Below are positions 1-10,212 of a stretch of DNA of 64,000 bases, one piece after another (within the stretch, counting starts at the first letter, position 1; every line of letters starts with the position of its first letter). The position numbers were made by a program, and so were the translations under genes. Below the pieces are notes generated by a model. It searched no databases. It had not been told where the DNA came from and saw nothing but the letters and a program-made list of their open reading frames with translations. Source of the stretch: an uncultured Acidobacteriota bacterium (lineage in GTDB: Bacteria; Acidobacteriota; Polarisedimenticolia; J045). The DNA lies in contig CAVPCQ010000018.1 in NCBI GenBank assembly GCA_963702425.1, positions 96,001 to 160,000 on the forward strand, read 5' to 3'.

Positions 1-1
1 G

Positions 2-985
2 ATCCCGTTCGTCCTGATCTTCGTCCCGCTCGCGCTGTCGCTGGGCTACGACTCGATCGTCGGCGTGTCGATCCCGTTCCTCGGCGCCGCCGCGGGCTTC
101 GCGGCCGCCTTCTTCAACCCGTTCACGGTCGGCGTGGCGCAGGGGCTCGCGGGGCTGCCGCTCTACTCCGGGCTGGGCTACCGGGTGCTCACCTGGTTCA
201 TCGGCACGGCGGTGATCGTCGCGTGGGTGATGGTCTACGCGGCGCGGGTCAAGCGGCACCCGGAGTCGAGCCCGGTCTACGAGCTGGACCGCGCGCGGGA
301 GAAGCCCGAGGACCCGCACGACGGCGTCGTGCCGGCCTGGACCGCGCGGCACGCCGCGGTGTTGACGATCTTCGCCGTGTGCATGGGGATCCTGGTCTGG
401 GGCATCCTCAAGGAGCAGTGGTTCATCGAGGAGATCGGCGCGCTGTTCCTCGCGATGGGGCTCCTCATGGGGGCGGTCGCGGGGCTGGGCCCGAACCGGA
501 TCGCCGCCAGCTTCGTCGTCGGCGCCAGGGACATGGTCACGGTCGTGATGATCATCGCCTGCGGCCGCGCGCTGCTGATCATCGCGCGCGAGGGGCAGGT
601 GCTCGACACCATCCTCTTCGCCAGCTCGCAGGCGATCTCGGGCCTGCCGACGGTGATGGCGGCCTGGCTGATGTTCCTGGTGCAGTCGGGGATCAACTTC
701 TTCATTCACTCCGGCACGGCGCAGGCGGCCCTGACGATGCCGATCATGGCGCCCCTCGCCGACCTGGTCGGCCTGACGCGCCAGACGATGGTCTACGCCT
801 TCCAGCTCTGCGAGTTCATCAACCCGATCCTGCCGACCTCGGCCGTGACGATGGGAGTCCTCGGGATGGCCCGGATCCCGTGGGAGAAGTGGGCGCGCTG
901 GTTCCTGCCGCTGATGCTGGTGCTGATCGTGCTCAGCCTGCTGCTGCTGATCCCGCCGGTGCTGCTGAACTGGGGTCCGTTCTGA
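2..985 (+). CDS. YfcC-family / C4-dicarboxylate-anaerobic-carrier-like membrane transporter (5' truncated by window edge)
   Basis: Open frame from base 2; multi-TM hydrophobic protein with LGYDSIVG...NPFTVGVAQ and FIHSGTAQAALTMPIMAPLADL motifs typical of YfcC. Confidence 0.85.
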   Translation: MPFVLIFVPLALSLGYDSIVGVSIPFLGAAAGFAAAFFNPFTVGVAQGLAGLPLYSGLGYRVLTWFIGTAVIVAWVMVYAARVKRHPESSPVYELDRAREKPEDPHDGVVPAWTARHAAVLTIFAVCMGILVWGILKEQWFIEEIGALFLAMGLLMGAVAGLGPNRIAASFVVGARDMVTVVMIIACGRALLIIAREGQVLDTILFASSQAISGLPTVMAAWLMFLVQSGINFFIHSGTAQAALTMPIMAPLADLVGLTRQTMVYAFQLCEFINPILPTSAVTMGVLGMARIPWEKWARWFLPLMLVLIVLSLLLLIPPVLLNWGPF

Positions 986-1905
986 TGCGGGCCGGGAGGG
1001 AGAGCGTGAGGACCCCGCGCGCGGCTGCTGCTGCGGCCGCGACGCGCGCGGCCCTCGCGCTGATCAGCCTCGCCGCCGCGACCGGCTGCGCCTCGTCCGG
1101 GGCCGCTCGCATGGGCGGCGGGGCGCCGGCCCCGCTCGCCGTCATCGACGCGCACGTCCACACCAACTTCGACGACCGGCTCGATCCCAAGAGCAAGGCG
1201 ATGGACAGCCGCGCCGGCCTGGCCGACGAGATGAAGCGCAACCACGTCGTCGGCGCGGTGTCGATGAACCACCCCGGCGACCCCTTCATCGATCTCGCCG
1301 ACCTGCACGTCGTCCACTGCGTCGGCCTCGACGCCGTGGTGGACGAGCAGAAGCTCGAGGCCGACCTCGCCTCCGGCCGGTACCGGTGCATCAAGATCTA
1401 CCTCGGCTACGTCCACCAGTACGCCTGGGACCCGGCCTACGAGCCGGCCTACCGTCTCGCCGAGCGGTTCCGCGTCCCCGTAGTCTTCCACACCGGCGAC
1501 ACCGACTCGCGCAAGGCCAAGCTGAAGTACGCCGACCCGCTGACGATCGACGAGGTGGCGGTCGATCACCCGAACGTCACGTTCGTCCTGGCGCACGCCG
1601 GCAACCCCTGGATCCAGTCCGCGGCCGAGGTGGCCTACAAGAACCCGAACGTCGTCATCGACGGCTCGGCGTTCCTGATCGGGGACCTCGCGTCGCGCTC
1701 CCCGGAGATCGTCGAGAGCCAGCTCGTCGCGCCGGTGCGCTGGATCTTCGAGTACGTCGCCGACCCGAAGAAGCTGATGTTCGGGACCGACTGGCCGCTG
1801 GTCCGGATGGAGCCGTACCTGCGCGCGTTCCGGAAGGCCATCCCGCGCGAGCACTGGCAGGCCGTGTTCCACGACAACGCCGCGCGCGTCTACGGGTTCC
1901 AGTGA
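985..1905 (+). CDS. Amidohydrolase_2 family metallo-hydrolase, probable lipoprotein
   Basis: TGATG overlap with the upstream stop; signal ending LAAATGC; metal motifs IDAHVH, FHTGD, LAHAG, FGTDWP. Confidence 0.85.
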   Translation: MRAGRESVRTPRAAAAAAATRAALALISLAAATGCASSGAARMGGGAPAPLAVIDAHVHTNFDDRLDPKSKAMDSRAGLADEMKRNHVVGAVSMNHPGDPFIDLADLHVVHCVGLDAVVDEQKLEADLASGRYRCIKIYLGYVHQYAWDPAYEPAYRLAERFRVPVVFHTGDTDSRKAKLKYADPLTIDEVAVDHPNVTFVLAHAGNPWIQSAAEVAYKNPNVVIDGSAFLIGDLASRSPEIVESQLVAPVRWIFEYVADPKKLMFGTDWPLVRMEPYLRAFRKAIPREHWQAVFHDNAARVYGFQ

Positions 1906-1919
1906 GGAGATCGACTCAG

Positions 1920-3416
1920 ATGATCAAGCGGGCCGTGCTCCACGCCCTGCTCCTGGTGGCCCCGATCCTGTCGGCCGGGACCGCTCTCGCGGCGGACGGA
2001 AGCTTCCCCGAGGACCACCACGCGCTGGCGCGGACGATCACCTATTCCGAGATGGAGAAGTTCCTGGCGAGCGTCGACGGCCGGGGGCCGATCAGCGTGT
2101 CGGTGGAGGCGCGGACTGCCGAGGGCCGCGCGGTCTACCTGGTGCACGCGACACGCGGCGGCAATCCATCGTTCCGGATTCTCTACTACGCCCAGCAGCA
2201 CGGCGACGAGGTCTCGGGCAAGGATGCCCTGCTTTACTTGATCCGCGAGATCGCGCGCCGCCCCGAACGGCTTCCTGCCGGGATCGACCTCTGGATCCTG
2301 CCGATGATGAACCCCGATGGGGCGGAGGCCGGCACGCGCCGCAACGCCGCGGGCGCCGACCTCAACCGCGATCACATCCTGCTCGAGCAGCCGGAGACGC
2401 AGGCGCTCCACCGCGTGGTGCGGCGCGTGCGCCCGGAGCTGGCCGTCGACTGCCACGAGTTCACCCGCGACTCGGACGAGCGCCGCGAGCGCGGGTGGAT
2501 CGCCTGGCCGGACATCACGATGGACAGCCTCAACAACCCGCTGTTCGACCCCGCGGTGATCGCGGCCGCCGAGCGCTGGGTCCGTGACTCCGCCGCCCCC
2601 GAAGCGGCCGCGGGCCACCCGTTCCTGCGCTACTCGGTCGGCGGCCTGCCGCCGGACGAGGAGCAGCGGCACTCCGCCCCGGACATCGACGGCGGCCTCA
2701 ACGCCGTGGGGATGTACGGCGGGCTCTCCTTCATCATCGAGGCCGCGGTCCGCCGCGGGCCCGACGCGCCGCCGACCGATCTCGCGAGCCGGGTCGACGC
2801 CTACCTCGTCCTGCTCTGGCGCTTCATCGACGAGGCGGCCCACCGCGCGGAGGACCTCGCGGCGGTCGAGGCGTCGCGGGCGCGGCCGCCGCCGCGCTTC
2901 ATCCCGACCAACTACTTGTGGGTGAACCCAGCCTTCACGATCACCGAGTTCCCGGTCCTCGTCGCCGCCACGGGCGAGACCCTGAAGATCCCGACCGCGA
3001 ACATGATGACCGCGCTGGCGGTGAAGAAGGCCCTGCCGGCCCCGCTCGGCTACGCGATCGAGCCGCGCGCCGCGGCGGACTACGCGCTGGTGCTGGAGCG
3101 CCAGGGAATCCCCTTCGAGACGCTGAGCGCGCCGCGGACCGTTCGCGCGCAGCGGTGCGACCTGCTGCGCCTCGAGGAGCAGTTCGACGATCTCTACTCG
3201 CGCTACGAGGGGCGGCAGATCGTGCAGTGCCGGGCGGCGGCCGCGGAAGAGCTGCCCGCCGGGACGATCTGGGTCCCGCTGGAAGGCGAAGCGGCGGTGC
3301 GCGCGGCGCTGGTGCTCGAGCCGGCGGCGCTCTACGGCGTCTACCAGTACCCGCGCTTCCGGAAGCACGCCGCGACGGGGGCGGCGCTTCCGATCGTCCG
3401 CGTCATGTCGCGGTAA
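1920..3416 (+). CDS. Secreted M14 zinc carboxypeptidase family protein
   Basis: GAGGAG RBS; signal peptide; QHGDE, NPDG, DLNRD, DCHE motifs. Confidence 0.85.
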   Translation: MIKRAVLHALLLVAPILSAGTALAADGSFPEDHHALARTITYSEMEKFLASVDGRGPISVSVEARTAEGRAVYLVHATRGGNPSFRILYYAQQHGDEVSGKDALLYLIREIARRPERLPAGIDLWILPMMNPDGAEAGTRRNAAGADLNRDHILLEQPETQALHRVVRRVRPELAVDCHEFTRDSDERRERGWIAWPDITMDSLNNPLFDPAVIAAAERWVRDSAAPEAAAGHPFLRYSVGGLPPDEEQRHSAPDIDGGLNAVGMYGGLSFIIEAAVRRGPDAPPTDLASRVDAYLVLLWRFIDEAAHRAEDLAAVEASRARPPPRFIPTNYLWVNPAFTITEFPVLVAATGETLKIPTANMMTALAVKKALPAPLGYAIEPRAAADYALVLERQGIPFETLSAPRTVRAQRCDLLRLEEQFDDLYSRYEGRQIVQCRAAAAEELPAGTIWVPLEGEAAVRAALVLEPAALYGVYQYPRFRKHAATGAALPIVRVMSR

Positions 3417-3429
3417 AGGACGGCACACG

Positions 3430-5115
3430 ATGCGATCGCTCGTCACGCTGCTCTGCCTCCTGGCATGGGCTGTCTCCCCCACCGGTGTCGCCTGGGCCGA
3501 TGCGCCGGCCGCCGCCGCCGGCGCGGAGACCGCGCCGCAACCGGACGTCGCCCGGGACTTCGTGCTCGCCACCCCGGCCGAAGCGCCGCCCGCACCCTTC
3601 GCGGCGGCCCTCGCCGGGATCCGGGCCGAGGCCCTCGCGGCCCGCATCCGGTTCCTCGCGTCGCCCGCGCTCGAGGGGCGCGGGCTGGGCAGCCGCGGGC
3701 TCGACGCGGCGGCCGAGTACGCCGCGTCGGTACTGGCGCTCGCCAGCGTCCCGCCATTGATCGGTCCCGCGGAGGAGCCGCCGTACGCGCGCTACTTCCA
3801 GGCGGTGCCGCTGCGCGAGATCACCGGAGCGACCGGCGAGCTGGCCGTCGAAGCGCGGCAGGGCGACGCGACGACACGCCGCGCGTTCGCTTCCGGCGTC
3901 GACGCCCTCTTCTCCGCGGCCCCGCTCGCGACGATCACCGCCCCGGCCGTCTTCGCCGGGTACGGGATCCGCGAGCCGGCGCTGGGACGCGACGACTACA
4001 AGGGGCTCGACGTGCGCGGGAAGGTCGTGGTGGTCCTGCGCGGCGTGCCCGAGGGGGAAGCGTGGAAGGCCCCCGCGCTGCTCTCCCGCTACGATCCGGG
4101 CGACGCCGACGACCGCTGGGACGCCAAGCGCGAAACGGCCGAGGCGCTGGGCGCGGCCGCGCTCGTCGCGTTCGACGGGGACGACTTCGCGGCGCGGCTC
4201 GCGGAACGCGACGCGCAGCCCACGACCTGGTGGCTTCCGGCCGACGTCGCTGCCGGCCCGATCCCCGTCGTGCGCGTCTCCCCCGTCGTCGCCGGCGCGC
4301 TGCTGGGCGCGGAGGCCGCGGGCCCGGCCGCCGCCGCCCGCGCGACGGCGCCGCGCGCGCTGGCCGGCGTGACCGTCACGCTCCGGACGAGCGGGACCGA
4401 GCGGGCCGTCACCAGCCGCAATGTCATCGGCGTCCTCGCCGGATGCGATCCGGCGCTGCGCGACGAGGCGGTCGTGATCGGCGCGCACATCGATCACCTG
4501 GGAAAGTCCGGCGAGGTCGTCTACCCGGGGGCCGACGACAATGCGTCCGGCACCGCGTCGCTGATCGAGATCGCCCGCGCCTTCGCGGCGCTGCCGGAGC
4601 GGCCGAAGCGGACCGTGATCTTCGCGTTCTGGACCGGGGAAGAGGAAGGCAAGTTCGGCTCCGGGTACTACGTCCGCCACCCCCTCTGGCCGCTCACCCG
4701 CACGCGGGCCCTCGTCAACCTCGACATGATCGGCCACCCCTGGCTCGCGGAAGAGATCGCGAAGCTCGTGGCCGACACCCGGCTGCCGGACGGCGCGGCG
4801 TTCCTGGCGGCGGTGAAGGCCGCCGAGTTCGCCGAGCCCGGCCTCCCGCTCGACGCGCCGGAGCTGGCGGCCGCACTGCGCTGGGCCGGGCCGGCCACCG
4901 GGATGGCGCTGCACCTCGACCGCACGGACGGCACCCGCGGCGGAAGCGACTACCGCGACTTCGCGCGCGCCCGCGTCCCGTTCATCCGCTTCTTCGGCAA
5001 CTTCTTCCCCGAGTACCACGAGCCGGGCGACACCGCGGAGAAGCTCGACCCCGCGCAGGTCCAGCGGATGGCGCGGCTCGCCTTCGCGACGGCGTGGCGC
5101 CTCGCCGAGCGCTGA
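3430..5115 (+). CDS. Secreted M28 family peptidase with PA domain
   Basis: Signal peptide; LEGRGLG, DDYKGLDVRGK (PA), AHIDH, GADDNASG, TGEEEG, NLDMIG, YHEPGD. Confidence 0.9.
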   Translation: MRSLVTLLCLLAWAVSPTGVAWADAPAAAAGAETAPQPDVARDFVLATPAEAPPAPFAAALAGIRAEALAARIRFLASPALEGRGLGSRGLDAAAEYAASVLALASVPPLIGPAEEPPYARYFQAVPLREITGATGELAVEARQGDATTRRAFASGVDALFSAAPLATITAPAVFAGYGIREPALGRDDYKGLDVRGKVVVVLRGVPEGEAWKAPALLSRYDPGDADDRWDAKRETAEALGAAALVAFDGDDFAARLAERDAQPTTWWLPADVAAGPIPVVRVSPVVAGALLGAEAAGPAAAARATAPRALAGVTVTLRTSGTERAVTSRNVIGVLAGCDPALRDEAVVIGAHIDHLGKSGEVVYPGADDNASGTASLIEIARAFAALPERPKRTVIFAFWTGEEEGKFGSGYYVRHPLWPLTRTRALVNLDMIGHPWLAEEIAKLVADTRLPDGAAFLAAVKAAEFAEPGLPLDAPELAAALRWAGPATGMALHLDRTDGTRGGSDYRDFARARVPFIRFFGNFFPEYHEPGDTAEKLDPAQVQRMARLAFATAWRLAER

Positions 5116-5136
5116 CGAGGGCGCTACGATCGGCCG

Positions 5137-6342
5137 ATGGCCGGCCCGCTCCAGTGCGAGATGGCGGACGTCCCGCGGGACGGCTGGGACGTCGTCGTCG
5201 CCGGGGCCGGGCCGGCCGGCGCGACCGCCGCGCTGCACCTGGCGCGCCGCGGCCGGCGCGTTCTGCTCGCCGACCGCCACCCCTTCCCGCGCGAGAAGGT
5301 CTGTGGCGACGGGCTGATCCCCGACGCGCTCCGCGCGCTCGAGCGCGCCGGCTTGCTTCCCGACGTCCGCCGCGCAGCCCACGCGGTGACGCGCGTCACG
5401 CTCTACAGCCCGCGGCGGATCGAGGTCTCGCTCGACGGCGAGTTCCTGACGATCCAGCGCGAGGCGCTCGACGCGATCGTCGCGGGCGGGGCGGTCGCGA
5501 GCGGGGCGGTCTTCGCGCGGGGCGAGGTCGCCGGGATCGACGCCGGGACCGGCGGGGTGCGCGTCCGGTTCGCCGGCCGCGACGAGCCGCTCGAAGCGCG
5601 CCTGGCGATCGTCGCCACCGGCGCCGACGTCGCGCTGCCGCGCGCGCTCGGGATGGTGACCCGCCGACAGCCGAGCGGGATCGCGCTGCGCGGCTACGTC
5701 CACTCCTCGCATCGCATCGACGACCTCGTCGTCTCCTTCGACCGCGCCGTGCTCCCCGGCTACGCCTGGATCTTCCCGATGGGGGGCGGCGAGTACAACG
5801 TCGGGGTCGGGGCCTTCCCGGCCGAAGGGCTCCCGAAGGTCAACCTGCACACGATCTACGAGGCCTTCGCGCGCGAGTTCCCCCCGGCGCGCGCGCTGTT
5901 CGCCGCCGCCACGGAGCACACGACGCAACGCGGCGCGCCGCTGCGCTGCGGTCTCGACGGCGCGCTCGCGCTCGGCCCCGCCGGCGTCGCCGGCGTCGGC
6001 GAGGTCGTCGGCTCGACCTACGACTTCACCGGCGAAGGGATCGGCAAGGCGATGGAGACCGGGGAGCTGGTGGCGGGCGCGGCCGACGCAGCGCTCTCCC
6101 ACGGCCGGCCGACGATGCTCGCCGCGTACGCGCGGCGGATCGAGCAGGATTTCCGTCCCCGGTTCCGCGGCTACGAGCAGGCGGCGGGCTGGATGGCGCA
6201 CCCGTGGATCTGCGACCTGGTCTTCCGGCGGGCGAGCCGCAGTCCCTGGCTGCGCTCGATGGCGGCCGGGATCCTGGCCGAGACGGTCGACCCGGGGGAC
6301 GTCTTCAACCTCAAGGGGCTCGTGGGGTCGTTCCTGCGCTGA
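5137..6342 (+). CDS. Geranylgeranyl-reductase-family FAD-dependent oxidoreductase
   Basis: GAGPAG dinucleotide motif, FPREKVCGDG, GYAWIFP, TGEGIGKA. Confidence 0.88.
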   Translation: MAGPLQCEMADVPRDGWDVVVAGAGPAGATAALHLARRGRRVLLADRHPFPREKVCGDGLIPDALRALERAGLLPDVRRAAHAVTRVTLYSPRRIEVSLDGEFLTIQREALDAIVAGGAVASGAVFARGEVAGIDAGTGGVRVRFAGRDEPLEARLAIVATGADVALPRALGMVTRRQPSGIALRGYVHSSHRIDDLVVSFDRAVLPGYAWIFPMGGGEYNVGVGAFPAEGLPKVNLHTIYEAFAREFPPARALFAAATEHTTQRGAPLRCGLDGALALGPAGVAGVGEVVGSTYDFTGEGIGKAMETGELVAGAADAALSHGRPTMLAAYARRIEQDFRPRFRGYEQAAGWMAHPWICDLVFRRASRSPWLRSMAAGILAETVDPGDVFNLKGLVGSFLR

Positions 6343-6446
6343 CGCGCGCCGCGAGCATCCCGCCCCCGTAGCGACCGCTTCCCGGCGGGGTTAGGCTGCG
6401 CTCCGCGGGGCCGCCCACGCGGCCGAGGGTGGGGAGAAGGAACTCG

Positions 6447-8492
6447 ATGAACCTGATCGCACGCCTCGGTCGACGAGCCGTCCGGATCATCGCGATCCTG
6501 CTCGCCGTCGTCGTCGGACTCGAGCTGGTCTATCTCGTCGTCGGCAACGTGATGCTGCGCGCCGGCACGGTCGAGCGGCTGCTCAACAAGCACCCGGAGA
6601 AGACGCGCGTCCATTTCGAGAGCGCCTACACGCTCTTCCCGGGCCACGCCGCCGTCAACGGGTTCAAGATCCGCAGCCAGGCCACCCGCAGCCAGATCGA
6701 GGCCGTCGCGGACCACGTCAGTGCAGTCGTCAACCCGATCCCGCTGATCTGGAAGTCGGTGAGCATCGTGCGCGCGAGCGCCCGCGGCGTCGAGTTCCGG
6801 ATGCGCCGCCGTCCGGTCACGCCGGAGGAGCTGAAGGACAAGGAGTCGTTCGTCCCGCCGATCGAGGGGTTCGAATACAAGGACTCGCTGCGCGATCCGA
6901 ACAAGGTCCCGAAGGCGCCGAAGTGGGGCGTCGCCGTCATCAGCTCGCGGGTCGATGACGTGCGCGAGGTCTGGATCGACGACTACCGCCTGACCGGTCC
7001 GGGGCAGGCTGGCGGCGGCATGTCGATCGGCCCGGGACGATGGCTGGAGCTGGACGGCGCGTGGACCGAGTTCCCGGCGCTCCAGGCGAAGGCCGCCGGG
7101 CGGCCGTTCCTGGTCGACGCGAAACTGAGGGCCGAGGTCGACATCGTGCGCTACGACTACGGCGAGAACAAGGGGCTGAAGTTCCTGCCGTACACGTCGG
7201 GGCGGATCCAGTTGGAGTCGGTGACTCCGACGGGCGCGCCGCTGCTCAACCACCTGGTCCGGCACGTGCCGTGGCTCTCCTTCGACGGCACCGAGCGCCG
7301 GATGTCGACCGACCTTCTGATCGAAAAGGGCAAGCTGCAGCCCGGCAGCCGGGTCAAGATGGCGACCGACAAGCTGGCGGTCAATTTCCTGGTCTACCGC
7401 GCCGAGGGGAAGTCCGAGATCGAAGTGAAGGTGCTCGAGGGACCGGAGCGGCCGCTCATCGATCTCGAGCTGCTGATGACCGACTTCGGGATCGGCCTGG
7501 CGACCTCCACGCCGGACGCGGCGGTCGGCAGGAAGCTCCGGCTGCACGCCGTCTCCGACGACGACCTGATCAGCAACGAGATTCCCGACGGCAACCTGGA
7601 GCTGGAGATCGACGACCTTCACGCGAACGACCTGACCCGCGCGAACTACCTGATCCCGACGGGAACGGGGCTGAAGCTGAAGGCCGGCTCCGCGCGCATG
7701 GACGTGCGCCTGAAGGCCTCCACGCGCGGCGACACGGGCGAGGGAAAGGTCACGCTGACGACCGATGGCCTCGCGCTCGACGCGGGAGGCCTCGCGATGA
7801 AGGGGAAGATCGATGCGTCGATCCCGCTCAGCCAGGTCGACATGATGGCGCAGCACTTCGCGATCGACGGGATGACGATCAAGCTGTCGAACTTCGACCT
7901 ACCCGGCGAATCCGCGGAGGGGAAGTCGATGCGAGGCTGGTGGGCGGAATTCGACGCGCCGCGCGGTCATTTCGGGTTCAAGGACAAAGACGTCTTCCGG
8001 GGCGACCTCGAGTTCAAGCTGCGCGACTCGGCGCCGCTGATCCGGTTCTTCACGGCGAAGAAGCCGCTGCCGAAGATCGGGGAGCGGATCCTCGAGGTGA
8101 ACGACGTCGTCGGGAAGACCGGCCTCGTCTACGGGGCCGACCGGATCGAGGTCCGGGACCTGCTGGTCACGAGCGACATGATCGAGCTGCAGGCCTCGCT
8201 GAACATCCAGGGGAAGAGCGCTCACGGGGACCTGCTGGCGGTCTACGACTGGATCGGCGTCGGCGTCGAGCTGAAGGGGGCCAAGCAGGACTATCACCTG
8301 ACGGGCGCGCGCAGGTGGTACGAGTCGCGCCACACGGGGGCGGCGGCGAAGGACGCGGGCGCGAAAGCCGAGTCGGAACCCAAGGCCAAGCCGGCCAAGG
8401 CCGAGGCCGAACCCAAGGCCAAGGCCGAGCCCGAGCCCGCTGAAGAGAAGAAGCCCAACTGGCTCCAGCGCACCTTCTCCGGCAAGAAGTAG
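6447..8492 (+). CDS. Membrane-anchored, beta-rich envelope protein (AsmA/TamB-like architecture), K/E/A/P-rich tail
   Basis: Single N-terminal TM helix then ~600 aa of alternating beta-strand patterns; clean codon usage; family assignment is inference. Confidence 0.55.
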   Translation: MNLIARLGRRAVRIIAILLAVVVGLELVYLVVGNVMLRAGTVERLLNKHPEKTRVHFESAYTLFPGHAAVNGFKIRSQATRSQIEAVADHVSAVVNPIPLIWKSVSIVRASARGVEFRMRRRPVTPEELKDKESFVPPIEGFEYKDSLRDPNKVPKAPKWGVAVISSRVDDVREVWIDDYRLTGPGQAGGGMSIGPGRWLELDGAWTEFPALQAKAAGRPFLVDAKLRAEVDIVRYDYGENKGLKFLPYTSGRIQLESVTPTGAPLLNHLVRHVPWLSFDGTERRMSTDLLIEKGKLQPGSRVKMATDKLAVNFLVYRAEGKSEIEVKVLEGPERPLIDLELLMTDFGIGLATSTPDAAVGRKLRLHAVSDDDLISNEIPDGNLELEIDDLHANDLTRANYLIPTGTGLKLKAGSARMDVRLKASTRGDTGEGKVTLTTDGLALDAGGLAMKGKIDASIPLSQVDMMAQHFAIDGMTIKLSNFDLPGESAEGKSMRGWWAEFDAPRGHFGFKDKDVFRGDLEFKLRDSAPLIRFFTAKKPLPKIGERILEVNDVVGKTGLVYGADRIEVRDLLVTSDMIELQASLNIQGKSAHGDLLAVYDWIGVGVELKGAKQDYHLTGARRWYESRHTGAAAKDAGAKAESEPKAKPAKAEAEPKAKAEPEPAEEKKPNWLQRTFSGKK

Positions 8493-8500
8493 GGGCGCGC

Positions 8501-9352
8501 GTGCCCGAGCTGCCCGAGGTCGAGACCGTCGCGCGTCAGCTCGCCCCGCTGGTCGCGGGCCGGCGCGTCACGCGCCTCGCGATCCACGACCGGACGAAGC
8601 TGGCGCCGCCCGGTGCGCGGCTCACCGAGCGCACGGTCGGCCGCGTGATGCGCGTCGGCAAGCGCGTGCTGATCGAGCTGCAGCCCGGCGCGCGCGCGGA
8701 CGCGGCGCCGCTCTGGCTGGCGGTCCACCTGCGCATGACGGGACGGCTCGTCTTCGGCGGAGCGGTCCCGGCCGGCACGCCGAGCCCTCACGTGCGGGCG
8801 CAGCTCTTCCTCGACGGCGGCGTGATCTCGTTCATCGACCCGCGCCGCTTCGGGACCTTCGAGTGGCTGCGCGCGCCCGGCGACGCGGCGTCCGACGCGG
8901 TCGATCCCACGGAGGATGCCTTCACGCCCGAGCGCCTCGCGGGCCTGCTGCGCGGCAGCCCGCAGCCGCTCAAGACCTGGCTGCTGCGCCAGGACCGGCT
9001 GGTCGGGATCGGCAACATCTACGCCTCGGAGATCCTGTGGCACGCGCGGCTGTCGCCGTTCCGCGCGGCGGGCCGGTTGAAGCGCGACGAGATCGCGCGG
9101 CTGCACGCCGCGACGCGCGCGGTCCTCGCCGCCGCGATCGAGGCCTGCGGCACGACCTTCTCCGACTTCCAGGACGCGCACGGCCTGACCGGCTCGTACC
9201 AGCGCTTCCTCGCGGTCTACGAGCGGGAGGGGGAGCCGTGCCCGCGCTGCGGCGGGCCGGTGGCGCGGCGGACGCAGGCGCAGCGCAGCACGTACTGGTG
9301 CCGGGGGTGCCTTGGCGATGCGCGAACGCGTGTCCGGGGTCGGCCCCAGTAG
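8501..9352 (+). CDS. mutM: Formamidopyrimidine-DNA glycosylase (Fpg)
   Basis: PELPEVE N-terminus, HLRMTG, DPRRFG, GIGNIYASE, C-terminal CPRC...CRGC zinc finger. Confidence 0.95.
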   Translation: MPELPEVETVARQLAPLVAGRRVTRLAIHDRTKLAPPGARLTERTVGRVMRVGKRVLIELQPGARADAAPLWLAVHLRMTGRLVFGGAVPAGTPSPHVRAQLFLDGGVISFIDPRRFGTFEWLRAPGDAASDAVDPTEDAFTPERLAGLLRGSPQPLKTWLLRQDRLVGIGNIYASEILWHARLSPFRAAGRLKRDEIARLHAATRAVLAAAIEACGTTFSDFQDAHGLTGSYQRFLAVYEREGEPCPRCGGPVARRTQAQRSTYWCRGCLGDARTRVRGRPQ

Positions 9353-9359
9353 CGGCCCG

Positions 9360-9895
9360 ATTCATCGAAGCTGCGACGAGCCGGCCCGGCTGCTGAAGGT
9401 GGAGCAGGGGTATGCCGATCCGAGCGGGAGCAGCTGGACCTTCCCGGTGGGCTACTCGGCCTTCCACGACTTCCATCTCGACGAGCAGGGCAACTGGGCC
9501 GAACATCAGGACGGCGCGGGGACGACGCTGGTGAGCCCGACGATCGCCAAGGACAACGCCTACGCGGCCTGGCCGGTCTCGGGCGGGTCGATGCTGAGCT
9601 TCGTGCTGGACAACGCCGGGAGGTTCCTGGTCGAGCGGCCGGTGGCGGGGGGTGGGAGTTATCTCTACAAGCACGACGGCCTCGGCCGCCTGGTTTCGGA
9701 ACAGCGGATCAGCGCGCCGGGCAAGCCCGACCTGACGACGACTTACGGCTACACCGCGGACGGCCGGCTGGCCTGGCGCAAGGAGGGCGTGGGGGCGCGC
9801 GAGTGGCTGATCGACGACGGGTCGCAGGCGGTGTGCAGACGACCGACACCGCGCTGAGCTGGACGCACGTCTGGGCCGGCAGCCGGCTTGCCGCG
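9360..9895 (+). pseudogene. RHS/YD-repeat core fragment with frameshift
   Basis: YD-like units FHLDEQGNW, LDNAGR, YKHDGLGRLVSE, TTYGYTADGRL; continues in another frame (SWTHVWAG) near 9830; no N-terminus or toxin tip. Confidence 0.65.
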
Positions 9896-10033
9896 CCCGT
9901 AGCCGCCCATCCGGCGCTTCATCCGCGGCGCGAGGTCGCGCCCGGAGAGCGGGATCCCGGCCGGCAGCCCGTCGAGGATCCCGACCAGCACCGGGCCTTG
10001 CGACTCCCCGGCCGTGAGGTACCGTCGCGCCAT
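9890..10033 (-). pseudogene. aroC: Chorismate synthase 5' fragment (~48 codons)
   Basis: RYLTAGESQGP...GILDGLPAG...RRMGGYGRG matches the AroC N-terminus (canonical GESHG His replaced by Gln); homology stops where it meets the RHS fragment. Confidence 0.8.
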
Positions 10034-10165
10034 CCGTCCTCCGTCCCGGGAGAAGACCGCAGGAGGCCGGACGGCGAGCCGGACGGCACGAGGACGGCTC
10101 GGTCCCCGGCGTGGACGGGCCCCGGCCGTCGATGGTCGGGGGCGAACGCGCGATCCCGCTCCGCG

Positions 10166-10194
10166 TTGACGCTCGCTGCGCTGGAGAGTACTGT
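10166..10194 (+). promoter_or_regulatory. Sigma-70-type promoter of the AbiEii-like TA pair
   Basis: TTGACG-N17-TACTGT just upstream of ATG 10213. Confidence 0.55.
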
Positions 10195-10212
10195 CGCGGC
10201 ACGGAGCCGGTC

